Shown: positions 14,175-24,271 of the stretch, piece after piece
How positions within the stretch are numbered: position 1 is the stretch's first letter
How the letters are laid out: every line of letters starts with the position of its first letter
Source of the DNA: Vicinamibacteria bacterium
Lineage (GTDB): Bacteria; Acidobacteriota; Vicinamibacteria; Marinacidobacterales; Marinacidobacteraceae
Assembly (NCBI GenBank): GCA_963668695.2
Contig: CAXXLQ010000004.1
Span: 2,816,001-2,880,000, forward strand
Direction: 5' to 3'
DNA length: 64,000 bases
Made by a program: the position numbers and the translations under genes
The notes under the pieces: model-generated
What the model saw: only the letters and a program-made list of their open reading frames with translations
Told to the model about the DNA's origin: nothing
The model's database searches: none

Positions 14175-15644
14175 TCAGGGGATGAGAAAGATCTTTTCGT
14201 TCGGCGGCTGGAGCCACTCCACGCCCTTGCTCGTCACGATCTGAGGGTTCGAGAAGTTGATCGCCAGCGGAAACCCCGGTCTTTCCGGGATGTTCATGTG
14301 AAGCATGTATTCGAACGCAAAGATGTGATTCTCCTGGATCACGAGGTGGTGCCGGTCGGCCCGGAAATTGGCCATCGAGGGTCCGAGAGTGCTGGTTCCG
14401 ATGGAGCCGTGCGCGTGGTTGTCGATGGCGAAACCCGGTTGATCGGTGTCGCCGAGCGCCTCCTGGATGATCACGTAGTCGAGATTGCGGGCGCCGTCGG
14501 GCGTCCGCCCCATTCCCTGGATGCCTGAATTCACGAACGGCGTATACAGGTAGCCCGCCTCCTCCATGGCCGCGACCATGGCGTCCAGGGATTCCTTGGC
14601 CGTCATGCCGACCCTCATGTGGGGTCTCATGATCCACTGGCCGGCCACCGCGAAATCGAACAGCTTCTGGATGCTCTCGGGAGGCGCCGTCTCCCCTTCT
14701 CGCAGGATGTAGGCGTGGGTCTTGGTGTCGGTCCCGAATCCCAGGTAGTTGACGCCGACGTTGAAGGCGAAGAAATCCCCGCGCTGGAAGACGTAGTCGC
14801 CGTGCCAGATCCAGTAGCGGGCGTCCGGTGGATACGGCGGATCCTCCGAAACCGCGGTGTAGTAGAGGCGGATGCCACCCCGGCCCCAAGTGCTGAATCC
14901 GGCCAGGTGCCGCTTGTACGCCTCCTCCCGCGCCCAGGTGGTGATCTCCCGGATCGTCGTCCTCCCCGGCTCGATACGAGCGAGGGCCGCCTGGTGAAGC
15001 TGGCGGGCGGCCTCGAGGTTGTTGATCTGCTCGGCCACATCCCGGACCGTTCGTCTCACCGCGAAATCGGTGATGAGGTTCTCGGCGGAGACGATTCTCT
15101 CCGCGTACTTGGGTCCGAGAACCTTGATGAGTTTCAGGTACGAAGTGTGGGACAGCCCGTCGGCCTCGGCGAGCCACTCGGAGGTGTTCACGGCGATGGT
15201 TCCCGGATCCCTTTCGGCGACGAATTCGGTGAACTCGTCGTACACCTCGTCGCCATAGCCGAACGCCAGCTGGTAGCCGCGGCCGTAACTGGAGATGGTC
15301 CGGGCGAAAGCGTCGGAGCCGCGCACGTCGATGTCCTCGACGGCTCCCGCGCTCCCGAACGCGGCCCGCTCGATCCGGTCACCGAGGTCGGTGAAGACGA
15401 GGTAACCGTAGGTGTTTCCGAACCAGTGGGCCAGCGGGTCGGGATCGCCATGGCGCGTGACGTGGATCCACATGTCCACGTTGTTGTCGCGCATGGCGCC
15501 CGGCAGGATCAGGTCGAGCTTCTCTCGCCGGAGGAGGCGGAGAACCTCGCCCCCACTCGCCGAGGTGTGGACTCCGGGTTGGGCGCCTGCGAAGCTGGCC
15601 GCGAGCACCAACGGGATCAAGATGGCTGGGGTTCGAACGATCAT
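14175..15644 (-). CDS. Secreted M24-family (Xaa-Pro aminopeptidase-like) protein
   Basis: Signal peptide MIVRTPAILIPLVLAASFAGA with an AGGAGA RBS; LDLILPGAMR..VDMWI N-terminus; pita-bread fold motifs (GFGTDTK, HAHG, FAFE). Confidence 0.7.
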   Translation of the reverse strand: MIVRTPAILIPLVLAASFAGAQPGVHTSASGGEVLRLLRREKLDLILPGAMRDNNVDMWIHVTRHGDPDPLAHWFGNTYGYLVFTDLGDRIERAAFGSAGAVEDIDVRGSDAFARTISSYGRGYQLAFGYGDEVYDEFTEFVAERDPGTIAVNTSEWLAEADGLSHTSYLKLIKVLGPKYAERIVSAENLITDFAVRRTVRDVAEQINNLEAARQLHQAALARIEPGRTTIREITTWAREEAYKRHLAGFSTWGRGGIRLYYTAVSEDPPYPPDARYWIWHGDYVFQRGDFFAFNVGVNYLGFGTDTKTHAYILREGETAPPESIQKLFDFAVAGQWIMRPHMRVGMTAKESLDAMVAAMEEAGYLYTPFVNSGIQGMGRTPDGARNLDYVIIQEALGDTDQPGFAIDNHAHGSIGTSTLGPSMANFRADRHHLVIQENHIFAFEYMLHMNIPERPGFPLAINFSNPQIVTSKGVEWLQPPNEKIFLIP

Positions 15645-15884
15645 GGTCTGTCTCCTGCCGGCGGCCCGTGGAAGAGGTCGCGGAAGCACCGAGCCCGAAG
15701 CAAGAACTGGCCGGTGAGAGAACCAGATTACCGAAGTCTCGAACCGGGTAGGGTACCGGAGCGCGGGCTTCCGGGTGTTTGGGAGCAGGGGAGCAGTCCC
15801 CCGACGGGCGGGCGTCGCGCCGAAGAGAGCCGTCGAGTGCCGCTCGGCGGGTGGTCAGCAATGCGCGGTTTCGCCCACCTTCAG

Positions 15885-16111
15885 CGAGCGACGCCGGCTG
15901 CGGAGACCAGCGATCTTGGACGGCTGTGCGCGCTCTACCCGGGCTGACGACGGGAGTTTCGCCCCGCTCTAGCGGAGCGATGCCGGTCTGAAGGCCGGCG
16001 TTCCTGGACGGTTGCGTGCGCTCTACGCGGGGTGGCGACGGGAGTTTCGCCCCGCTCTAGCGGGGCGATGCTGGCCAGTTCTCCCGGTGGGGGCCTGAAG
16101 ACCGGCGCTCC
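15885..16111. repeat. REP-like tandem repeat (~88-bp unit, ~2.3 copies) with palindromes
   Basis: Units start at 15917 and 16005. They contain CGCCCCGCTCTAGCGG(A/G)GCG and GCCGGTCTGAAGGCCGGCG hairpins. The second unit carries the 19-nt motif at 16075-16093. Confidence 0.75.
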
Positions 16112-16118
16112 ACGCTCC

Positions 16119-17294
16119 TTACGCCGCCATCTTCTGGGCGGAGTCGAGGACCGTCGCGATCCTGGTAGCGGCGCGCTGCATCTCGTCCATCGTGCCGAGG
16201 GAGATGCGGCAGCGAGTCCACAACGGCGGGAACGGCCGCCCGACGCGAACGCCCTCGGCGGCGCAGGCCGCCTGGAAATGCTCGATCGGCATCCCGACAT
16301 CCACGAAGATGAAGTTCGTCTGTGCGTCCGTAGAGCTGAGGCCCCGGTCGGCGAAGAACTTGATGATGAAGTCCCGCGCCTCGGCGTTCCGCTTCTTCTC
16401 GTTCGGGAGGTAGTCGGGATCCGCCTTGTCGCGCTGGAGGGCGGCGTTCGCGGCGACCAGCGCCGGCGTGCTGACCGAGTTGCCCATGTGGAACTCGCCC
16501 AGTTCGGCGATGGTGTCTTCGTGGGCGATCGCATAGCCGACCCGGAGACCGGCCATCCCGTAGGCCTTCGAGAAGGTGCGCGCCACGATGAGCCGCGGGT
16601 TCTCGATCGCCGTCGGGATCATGGTCTCATGACCCGGCGTGGTCACGTAGTCGATGTAGGCCTCGTCGGCCAGGATGCGGAGGTTTTTCTCCACGTCGAG
16701 GGCCCGCATCAGGAAGTCCTTGCTCTGGGCTGGATCGACGAGCGTAGCGACCGGATTGTTGGGGTTGCAGTAGAAGAGCATCCCGCTGCCCTTGCAGGCG
16801 TGGAGCGTCTGGTCCAGATCCATCTTGAACTCGGACGTCAGCGGTACCTCCTTCGTCCGGTAGCCCATCAGGTTCGCGTATCCGAAGCACTCTTCGTAGG
16901 TCGGCAGCGACCCGACGAGCGCCTTCTCCTTGCTTGCGTACTGATGAGTGCAGTCCACCAGGATCTGGGTGGAGCCGGCGCCCACGAGGACGTTTTGCGG
17001 CTTCACTCCCCACTTCTCGGCGATGGCCTCCTGCAGGGGGCCGAGGAACCGGAACGGGTAGCGTCCGGCGATCACGCCTTCGGGTCCGATGACCGAATCG
17101 ATGGCGTCCATGACCGCCTCACCGGGGCCGAGTGAGTTCTCGTTGTTGGCGAGGTTGATCGCCTCTTCGGGGGCGATTCCCATCTCGGCGGCGAAGGCGA
17201 GCTGCTCGCGGAGGCGCGAGCGGACGACAGTCGCGGCATAGAGGCCAGCGGCGCCGGCGGAGGCATGACTCAGGAAACTGCGGCGGGAGAGCAT
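16119..17294 (-). CDS. HisC-like PLP-dependent aminotransferase (class I/II) with Tat signal
   Basis: MLSRRSFL start with GGAGG RBS; NENS.G, CNPNNP, DEAY and RTFSKAYGMAGLRVGY motifs. Confidence 0.85.
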   Translation of the reverse strand: MLSRRSFLSHASAGAAGLYAATVVRSRLREQLAFAAEMGIAPEEAINLANNENSLGPGEAVMDAIDSVIGPEGVIAGRYPFRFLGPLQEAIAEKWGVKPQNVLVGAGSTQILVDCTHQYASKEKALVGSLPTYEECFGYANLMGYRTKEVPLTSEFKMDLDQTLHACKGSGMLFYCNPNNPVATLVDPAQSKDFLMRALDVEKNLRILADEAYIDYVTTPGHETMIPTAIENPRLIVARTFSKAYGMAGLRVGYAIAHEDTIAELGEFHMGNSVSTPALVAANAALQRDKADPDYLPNEKKRNAEARDFIIKFFADRGLSSTDAQTNFIFVDVGMPIEHFQAACAAEGVRVGRPFPPLWTRCRISLGTMDEMQRAATRIATVLDSAQKMAA

Positions 17295-17353
17295 GGGGTG
17301 GCTACCTCCTCGTAGCGGGGGGTTCTGCGGTTCTGGACGATGAGTGATTCGGC

Positions 17354-18550
17354 CTACTGCTGCTGGTTGTCGGCGGTGGCGAGCCCGAGCACTTCCGCGA
17401 AGACCGCGGTTGCGCGCTGCATCTCTTCGAGGGTGCCGATCGAGATGCGGGCGTGGGAGTTTTCGTAGGGAGGGAAGTCCCGGCCCACCATGATTCCCTG
17501 CTTTGCGCAGGCCTCGCGGAACTCCTTTGCCGAACGACCGATGTTCACGAAGATGAAGTTCGTCTCGCTGGGCACCGGGTCGAGGCCGTTGCTCGAGAAG
17601 AAGTCGAGGGTGAACTTGCGCGCCGCCTCGTTCCGCTTCACTTCCCTCTTGATGTAGGCCGGGTCTTCCAGCGATCCCATCGCGGCCGCGATGGAAAGGA
17701 TCGAAGTCCCGAAAGTGAGACGCAACGGGGCCAGCTTCGCGATCGTGCCGGCCTGCCCGAAGGAATAGCCAATCCGGAGACCCGCCATTCCGTACGCCTT
17801 CGAGAAGGTCCGGCCCACGAAGACGTCGCGGTACTCCATCGCGAGCGGGGCGCCGGTGTCGAAGGCGGGGTGGGTGACGTAGTCGTAGTAGGCCTCGTCG
17901 AGAAGAATCGCGGTGTAAGGCGATTCCTTCTTGACGAACTTCACGAAGTCCGTGATGTCCGCCAGCGAGTGGACCGTGCCGGTGGGGTTGTTCGGGTTGC
18001 AGAGGAAAACGAGTCCGGCGCCGATTGAGGCTCCGGCCATCTTGTCGAGGTCGAGTCCAAGATCTCCCATCATCGGGATGGACTTGACCGGTGCACCGAC
18101 GTACTTGGCGGTCCGCACCGGGTTCTCGTAGGAGCACTCCCCGGTGACGAGCGCCCGACCCGGGCCGGTGTACACCCGAACGGCGTTCCGGAGGATCTCC
18201 GAGGAACCCGGAGCGAGGACCACATGCTCGGCGCCCCCGCCGTACATCTCTCCGATCCGCTTGCGGAGGTCGCTGCCACTGATCCGCGCGTTCATCGGAT
18301 AGCGCATGATCGAGCCGTACTCGCCCCGGAGCGCCGCCACCGCGGCGGGTCCCGGACCGAGCGGGTTCTCGTTGCTGCTGATCCGGACCTCGTCGGCCTC
18401 GGGTGGCGGCACGAAGACCGGCGCCCCGCGAAAGCCGTTCTCGGCTTCCCAGGCTTCACGGCCGCGGGCGGAGATCGCGTGAAGAGCGGCCGGGCTGGTT
18501 GCGGTTCCACCGCCTGCCAAACTAAGGAAACTGCGACGGTTGGTCTTCAT
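17354..18550 (-). CDS. HisC-like PLP-dependent aminotransferase (class I/II) with Tat signal, paralog 2
   Basis: MKTNRRSFL; SNENPLG, CNPNNPTG, DEAY and RTFSKAYGMAGLRIGY motifs. Confidence 0.85.
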   Translation of the reverse strand: MKTNRRSFLSLAGGGTATSPAALHAISARGREAWEAENGFRGAPVFVPPPEADEVRISSNENPLGPGPAAVAALRGEYGSIMRYPMNARISGSDLRKRIGEMYGGGAEHVVLAPGSSEILRNAVRVYTGPGRALVTGECSYENPVRTAKYVGAPVKSIPMMGDLGLDLDKMAGASIGAGLVFLCNPNNPTGTVHSLADITDFVKFVKKESPYTAILLDEAYYDYVTHPAFDTGAPLAMEYRDVFVGRTFSKAYGMAGLRIGYSFGQAGTIAKLAPLRLTFGTSILSIAAAMGSLEDPAYIKREVKRNEAARKFTLDFFSSNGLDPVPSETNFIFVNIGRSAKEFREACAKQGIMVGRDFPPYENSHARISIGTLEEMQRATAVFAEVLGLATADNQQQ

Positions 18551-18700
18551 CGGATCTCTCCCTGATCGAGTATGTGCTCCGCGGTCGAGAGCTTCTTCTG
18601 AGTCTGATGTCGGATAGGCGAATTCATTCGGGTTGCTATTTTGGGTGGACGGAGCCTACCGGTTGGCCGAGATACGGCGCAACCCCCACGAGGGTTCCGC

Positions 18701-19216
18701 TCAATGCACCATGAGGTCGGCGACGAGCGCGGTTTCTCCCCACTGCATCTTGAGGGTGCCGTTCATTCCGTCGGCCATCAGCGTGATGGTGAACATCTCG
18801 GCGGAACTGTCGGCCTTTTCCACCTTGAGGGGAGCACTGAACAGGTCCTTTTCCGGATTGTGGGCAAGGCCCGACTGCCCGGTCTCGCCGTTCACCAGCA
18901 GGTCCCAACCGTCCTCGGTCTTCTGCGCGAAGAGGCTGTAGGCGCCGGCGGACACCATCTGGCTGCCGATCATCAGGTCACCCTCGGTGGTGATCGTGGT
19001 GGCGTCTTCGGAGCCGAGGCGCCACACCATTCCGGGCATCGCCTGGCCCAGCATGTCGCGGCCGTTCAGGCTGGGACGGCCGTAGTCCACGGTGACCGCC
19101 TTGCCGTCAAAGCTGGCTTCCACCTTGGCGCGCGGGTTGTGCGCCAGAGCGATCGCGGCCAGACCGACGGACAGAGCGACCGCCGAGATCAACATTTTCT
19201 TCGGGAAGTGGATCAT
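18701..19216 (-). CDS. DUF2911-like secreted protein
   Basis: Signal peptide; VDYGRPS..GR, WRLG..ATT, GAYSLF and E.FTI...W motifs. Confidence 0.7.
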   Translation of the reverse strand: MIHFPKKMLISAVALSVGLAAIALAHNPRAKVEASFDGKAVTVDYGRPSLNGRDMLGQAMPGMVWRLGSEDATTITTEGDLMIGSQMVSAGAYSLFAQKTEDGWDLLVNGETGQSGLAHNPEKDLFSAPLKVEKADSSAEMFTITLMADGMNGTLKMQWGETALVADLMVH

Positions 19217-19364
19217 GGGTTGGTCCTCCGGCCGCGATTCTAACGGGCCGCCCGGTGGCCACGGCAATTCCGTTGCGGCGCTTGAGGACGGCGCGGTAGG
19301 CTCACCCAGAAGAGGCCCGGTCGTTTGCGCACGCGCGCGGGCGGGGCTCGAGGATCGATCTCCC

Positions 19365-21536
19365 ATGCAGCCTGCTCCTCATCATCGGCGTCCCTTCCGA
19401 GCCCTGGTGGCCGGTTTGGCCCTGCTGGCACCTTGCCTATTGGCACCTTCCCTGACGGGAGCAGACGAGCGCGTTGACCGCCTGCCCGAGGAACATCGGG
19501 TGTGGCTGGAAGAAGAGGTGGTCTACCTCATCACCGAGGTAGAGCGGGAAGTGTTCCTTGAGCTCCAAGGGTTCGAGGAGCGCGAACACTTCATCGAGGC
19601 GTTCTGGCTGCGGCGGGATCCCGTTCCGGCGACGAAGGAAAACGAGTTCAAGATCGAGCACTACGAGCGTCTCGACTACGCCAACCGCTTCCTGGGCAGG
19701 GACGCCCCCCGGCCGGGATGGCAGACCGACCGGGGCCGCCACTGGATCATCCTCGGCAAGCCGCGCCAGCGCGAGCAGTTCGACGGGCGCAACGAGGTGG
19801 TGAGCATCGATCTCTGGACCTACCAGGGAGACACCAGAATGGGCCTGCCGCCCCGGTTCAATTTGCTGTTCTTCAAGAAGGAAGATATCGGCGAATACGA
19901 GCTGTACCACCCGTGGGGCGATGGCCCGGACGCGCTTCTTCGTCGCGGCGAGCTGCTCCGAAACCGCCAGCATGCGGTCGTCGACATCCTCGAGGTGGTG
20001 TCCATGGATCTGGCCCGCGCGAGTCTGGTGGTGGATCTGACCGACCCGCACGCCGATTTTCTTTCGGCCACCAACACCATCGCCCCTCGGCTCGACACCG
20101 TGCGGCCCTCGATGAGCGTGGACAAGAACTTCGCGGACATCCTCGAATCCCCCTACAAGATCGTGGATCTGGAGGAAATCGAGGGGTATCTCCGATATGG
20201 GGATCGGGTGACCTCCGAATACTCGTTCCGCTTCGTCACGAGCGAGGCCGATTTCCGGGTACTGGTGGGACCCAGGAACACGCCCTTCATCCACTACAGC
20301 GTGAAATTCGCCCCGGAGGATTTCTCGCTTGAGTTCGACGATCGTGAGTACGTCTACCAGACGACACTCGAAGTCGAACTCGAGCTGCGCACGCTCGATG
20401 GACGCCTGGTCGCGGTGCAGCGGAACGAGCCCGAAATCCGGCTCACCGAAAGCCAGCATCGCGAGGCGGCCCCCCGTCCCTTTGCCTACCGCGACAACCT
20501 ACCGGTGATCCCCGGCGAGTACGAGGTGAGCGTCGTCGTGCGCAACCGCGCCAGCCAGCAGTACACGGTGGTGAGCGCTGAGGTTCAGGTTCCCGCGACC
20601 GGTGGTCCGGGCGCTGTTGGCCTCGCCGACCTGGTGCTCGCGTACCGCGCCGATCTGGGAGCGGATTTCGCAAGCGATCTGCGATTCGGAACCTTCCAGT
20701 TCGGTCCCGCGGTGCTCGAGCCGTCGGTGGGCGGAGTGTTCGCGGCCAGCGACACCCTGACCGTTGCGGTCCAGACGTTGAACGCCAAGGCCGACCAGAG
20801 TCTGCGGCTCCGCATCCTGACCGATGAGGGCGGTGGTCCCGACACGCGCGCGGCGGGTGAACTGCTGGTGGAGCGGGTGGTGGCGCCGGGAAGTGTGGCC
20901 GATCCGCCTATCGAGGAGTTTCCGCTGGCGGGGATCGGGGCCGGCCGCTATCTGGTGGTGGCGGAGCTTCTGGACAGCGCCGGGACAACAGTCGCGTCGC
21001 GGGAAGCCCCCATTCTGGTTTCCCCGCGCGCCACGGTGGATCGTCCCGGTTTTATTGTGCGGCGGTCTTTCGCCACCCACGTGCCGGGACTGCTTGCCCT
21101 TGCGCTCGGCGAGCAGTTCATGGCCCACGGCCGCGTTTCGGAAGCTACCGTCGCTTTCCGGGAGGCGGCCGCGAATCCGAACTTGCCGATGGCGCGCTGG
21201 AAGCTGGCGAGCGCGTTGCTGTTTGCGCGGAAAGCGGACGAAGCGCTGGATCTTCTGCTTCCTATCGAGACGGAATACCCGAATGAGATCGACGTGGCTG
21301 AAGGAGTGGGTTTCGCTTACTACATTCGACAGGAGTGCGGAGAAGCAGTCCCGCGTCTGGAACACGCTCTCACCCTGCGCACGGCGGATTCCTCGCTACT
21401 GAACGCGCTTGGGGATTGTCACGAGCAACTCGGTGACGGGGAACGCGCGCGGGAAATGTTCGAACGTTCGCTGGAGTTGAATCCGGGCCAGCAGGGTGTT
21501 CGAGACCGCCTGGCCGGGCTCGGCGACGGTCGCTGA
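19365..21536 (+). CDS. GWxTD-domain protein with C-terminal TPR repeats
   Basis: WLEEEVVYLIT, FW..RDP, EHY.R..YAN, PGWQTDRG; TPR-like C-terminus; signal peptide. Confidence 0.85.
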   Translation: MQPAPHHRRPFRALVAGLALLAPCLLAPSLTGADERVDRLPEEHRVWLEEEVVYLITEVEREVFLELQGFEEREHFIEAFWLRRDPVPATKENEFKIEHYERLDYANRFLGRDAPRPGWQTDRGRHWIILGKPRQREQFDGRNEVVSIDLWTYQGDTRMGLPPRFNLLFFKKEDIGEYELYHPWGDGPDALLRRGELLRNRQHAVVDILEVVSMDLARASLVVDLTDPHADFLSATNTIAPRLDTVRPSMSVDKNFADILESPYKIVDLEEIEGYLRYGDRVTSEYSFRFVTSEADFRVLVGPRNTPFIHYSVKFAPEDFSLEFDDREYVYQTTLEVELELRTLDGRLVAVQRNEPEIRLTESQHREAAPRPFAYRDNLPVIPGEYEVSVVVRNRASQQYTVVSAEVQVPATGGPGAVGLADLVLAYRADLGADFASDLRFGTFQFGPAVLEPSVGGVFAASDTLTVAVQTLNAKADQSLRLRILTDEGGGPDTRAAGELLVERVVAPGSVADPPIEEFPLAGIGAGRYLVVAELLDSAGTTVASREAPILVSPRATVDRPGFIVRRSFATHVPGLLALALGEQFMAHGRVSEATVAFREAAANPNLPMARWKLASALLFARKADEALDLLLPIETEYPNEIDVAEGVGFAYYIRQECGEAVPRLEHALTLRTADSSLLNALGDCHEQLGDGERAREMFERSLELNPGQQGVRDRLAGLGDGR

Positions 21537-22506
21537 GCCCGCCGCCGCCGTACCTCGGGGTTTTCCTGAGGTGATTGGCAGGGCGTTCGCCTTACGCCCC
21601 GAGGGCGCGTGGTTCCAGCGGAATCGTCCACTCGCTCCGTTCACGACGCTCGGGCTCGGGGGACCAGCCGACTGGTTCGTGCAGGTCGGCGGCGAGGAGC
21701 AGCTTCTTGCAGCTCTCTCGGCCGCCAGCAACGCCGGGCTCCCCGTCACCCTTCTTGGCGGCGGATCCAACGTGCTGGTGTCTGACGAGGGAGTCCGTGG
21801 GGTGGTGGTCCGGGTGCGCGGGGGCTCTGCGCACCACCTTGACGGCCGAACCGTCCGGGCATTCGCCGGAATGACAGTGAACGGGCTTGTCCGCTGGAGC
21901 ATCCAGCGAGGCCTCGCGGGTCTCGAGGCGTGGGCGGGCACCCCGGGAACGGTGGGAGGGGCAATCCATGGGAACGCTCACTTCGGCGGCCGGAACGTGA
22001 GCGAGTTGGTGACGGGGCTGCGTGTCGTCGGTGACCAGGGGGATGTGGAGACGCTCCCTGTGGAAGCCGCGGAGTTCGGGCCCGGCGGCGCCGCTCTCGC
22101 CCCGAGGGGGCGCATCGTCTTGTCCGCCGACTTCGGAGTTCAACCCGGGGATCCGGCCGTCCTTCGCCGGCGGGCTCGAGCATCCCTGGCGTTTCGGAAG
22201 CGCACCCAACCCCTCGGGCTCCCGAGCGCCGGCTGCGCCTTCCGGAACCCGGACCCCAGCCGGGTCTCCCTGCCTCCCGATGTCCCCTGCGCCGCCGGCG
22301 CTCTGCTGGACCGGACCGGGATGAAAGGGGTTGCGGTCGGCGGGGCCCGGGTGTCCGAGGTCCACGCCAATTTCCTGACTGCCGGACCCGGCGCGACGGC
22401 GGCGGACGTGCATCATTTGCTCGGGGTGTGCCGGGAGGCGGTGTCGGCGGCCTTCGGGGTCGAGCTGGTGCCCGAGCTCGTTTTCCTGGGAGAGTTTTCG
22501 TCTTGA
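21496..22506 (+). CDS. murB: UDP-N-acetylenolpyruvoylglucosamine reductase (start uncertain)
   Basis: TT.GLGGPA, LGGGSNVLVSD, GLE..GTPGTVGGA..GNA, QP..PSAGCAFRNP, HANF. Confidence 0.9.
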   Translation: MFETAWPGSATVAEPAAAVPRGFPEVIGRAFALRPEGAWFQRNRPLAPFTTLGLGGPADWFVQVGGEEQLLAALSAASNAGLPVTLLGGGSNVLVSDEGVRGVVVRVRGGSAHHLDGRTVRAFAGMTVNGLVRWSIQRGLAGLEAWAGTPGTVGGAIHGNAHFGGRNVSELVTGLRVVGDQGDVETLPVEAAEFGPGGAALAPRGRIVLSADFGVQPGDPAVLRRRARASLAFRKRTQPLGLPSAGCAFRNPDPSRVSLPPDVPCAAGALLDRTGMKGVAVGGARVSEVHANFLTAGPGATAADVHHLLGVCREAVSAAFGVELVPELVFLGEFSS

Positions 22507-23846
22507 CTCGAGACGCTCCCGCTCCGACCACTTTGATCGTCGAGGGTGGCGCTCGACTGGAAGGCCGGGTGAAGGTCGAGGGCAACAAGAACGCCGCGCT
22601 ACCGCTCCTCGCCGCCTGCCTTCTCACCGACGAGTGGTGTGAACTCCGGAACATGCCGGAGATTCGCGACGCGGCCACGATGGCCGAAGTCCTGCAGGGG
22701 CTCGGCGCCGAAGTGGAGAGAGGGGAAGGGGGTTCCGTGCGGATCCGGGCCGCAGACATCCGGAGCGACGAACCGGACCCCGCGGGGGTGGGCCGGCTGC
22801 GCGGATCGGTGCTGCTTGCGGCGCCGCTGCTCGCGCGTCGCGGGAGGGTGCAGATGGGGGAGCCGGGAGGAGACTTCGCCGGGCGTCGAAGCCTCGACGT
22901 GCACCTGGCGGCCCTTCGGGCCATGGGGGTCAGGGAGGTCGAGGGGCCCGGCCGGGTGCTCGAGGCTCCTGATGGCCTGCAGCCCGCCTCCATCTATCTC
23001 GAGGAGGCGTCGGTCACGGGAACGGAAACGGCGCTGCTGGCCGCGGCGGGAGCCGAGGGCGTCTCGGAAATCCGTCACGCGGCCTGTGAACCGCATGTCG
23101 TCGAGCTGTGCGGGTTCCTGGAGAAGATGGGAATCGGCATCGAAGGGGCCGGTACTCCGACCCTGCGGGTGTTCGGCCGGGAGCGCCCGGCCGGTGCTGC
23201 GTGGACGCTCGCCGGGGACTTCGTGGAGGCCGGAAGTTGGGCGGCGGCCGCCGCCCTGACCGGCGGAACGGTGGAAATCCGGGGAGCGCGCGCCAGGGAT
23301 CTCGAGCCGATCGTGGCGGTGCTCAGCCGTCTCGGAGTAGCGATCGAACTCGAGGAGGATCGGCTGGTTGTCGAGCCCTCCCGGCTGCGCGCCGCGCGGC
23401 GCATCACCACCGCTCCGTGGCCGGGATTCCCGAGCGACATGGTGAGCCTCACGACGGTGTTGGCGACGGCCGCCGAAGGCGCCACCCTGGTTCACGACTG
23501 GATGTATGAACTCCGTCTCTTCTCCCTCGAACAGTTGATCGGGATGGGAGCGGACATGTTCCTCTGCGATCCACATCGGGTGATCGTCACCGGGCCTACC
23601 AAGCTTCGGGGGAGAGACCTCGACGCCCGCGACATCCGATCGGGAATGGCGCTAATCGCGGCGGCGCTTGCCGCGTCCGGCGAGAGCCGCATCACCCCGC
23701 TCGAAACCGTGCAGCGGGGTTATTCCGACCTGCCGGAGAAACTTCGCTCCCTGGGGGCAAGGGTGGACATTCTAGTAGCTGGTGGACAAAGTGGCGTGAG
23801 CGCCGAGGCCGGCCAGTCTCCCGGTGGGGGCGAGGCGCCCGGCTGA
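22503..23846 (+). CDS. murA: UDP-N-acetylglucosamine 1-carboxyvinyltransferase; C-terminal ~24 aa come from an inserted repeat
   Basis: GNKNAALP, LRGS, PGGD..G.R..D.H, SVTGTE, PWPGFPSD, DIRSG, RGY motifs; TTG start overlaps the murB stop. Confidence 0.92.
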   Translation: MTRDAPAPTTLIVEGGARLEGRVKVEGNKNAALPLLAACLLTDEWCELRNMPEIRDAATMAEVLQGLGAEVERGEGGSVRIRAADIRSDEPDPAGVGRLRGSVLLAAPLLARRGRVQMGEPGGDFAGRRSLDVHLAALRAMGVREVEGPGRVLEAPDGLQPASIYLEEASVTGTETALLAAAGAEGVSEIRHAACEPHVVELCGFLEKMGIGIEGAGTPTLRVFGRERPAGAAWTLAGDFVEAGSWAAAAALTGGTVEIRGARARDLEPIVAVLSRLGVAIELEEDRLVVEPSRLRAARRITTAPWPGFPSDMVSLTTVLATAAEGATLVHDWMYELRLFSLEQLIGMGADMFLCDPHRVIVTGPTKLRGRDLDARDIRSGMALIAAALAASGESRITPLETVQRGYSDLPEKLRSLGARVDILVAGGQSGVSAEAGQSPGGGEAPG

Positions 23847-24263
23847 CAAGGCGCGTGAGGGAGGAGCCCCCACCGGGAGAACTGGCCCGGGCGTATTCCG
23901 ACCGAAACCCAACGATGAGCGGCGCGAAGCGACGCGGTGAACAGCCGGTGGTGGAACCCACGTGAGCGCCGAGGCCGGCGAGGCACCCGGCTGACAAGGC
24001 GCGTGAGAAAGGAATACCGAGTGTATTTCGACCGAAACGCAACGATGAGCGGCGCGAAGCGACGCGGTTCAGCCGGGATGGATCGCCGGCCGAACGCCGC
24101 GTGGGTTTCATCACCGGTTGTTTGGCCGGGATGGATCGCCGGCCGAGCCCCCACCGGGAGAACTGGGCCGCGTGGGTTTCATCACCGGTTGTTTGGCCGG
24201 GATGGATCGCCGGCCGAGCCCCCACCGGGAGAACTGGGCCGCGTGACTTTGTTCACCGGCTGC
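23775..24263 (-). mobile_element. MITE-like element cluster with internal tandem duplications, inserted in the murA 3' end
   Basis: Ends GTAGCTGGTGG...CACCGGCTGC; core matches copies at 26451, 40023 and 48346 in reverse orientation. Confidence 0.8.
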
Positions 24264-24271
24264 TTGGCGCC

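Noticed and set aside
16119-18137. 672-aa ORF suggesting fused aminotransferases
   Set aside because: The upstream part is an off-frame overlap of the neighbouring gene; the real start is at 17294, with an RBS and Tat motif
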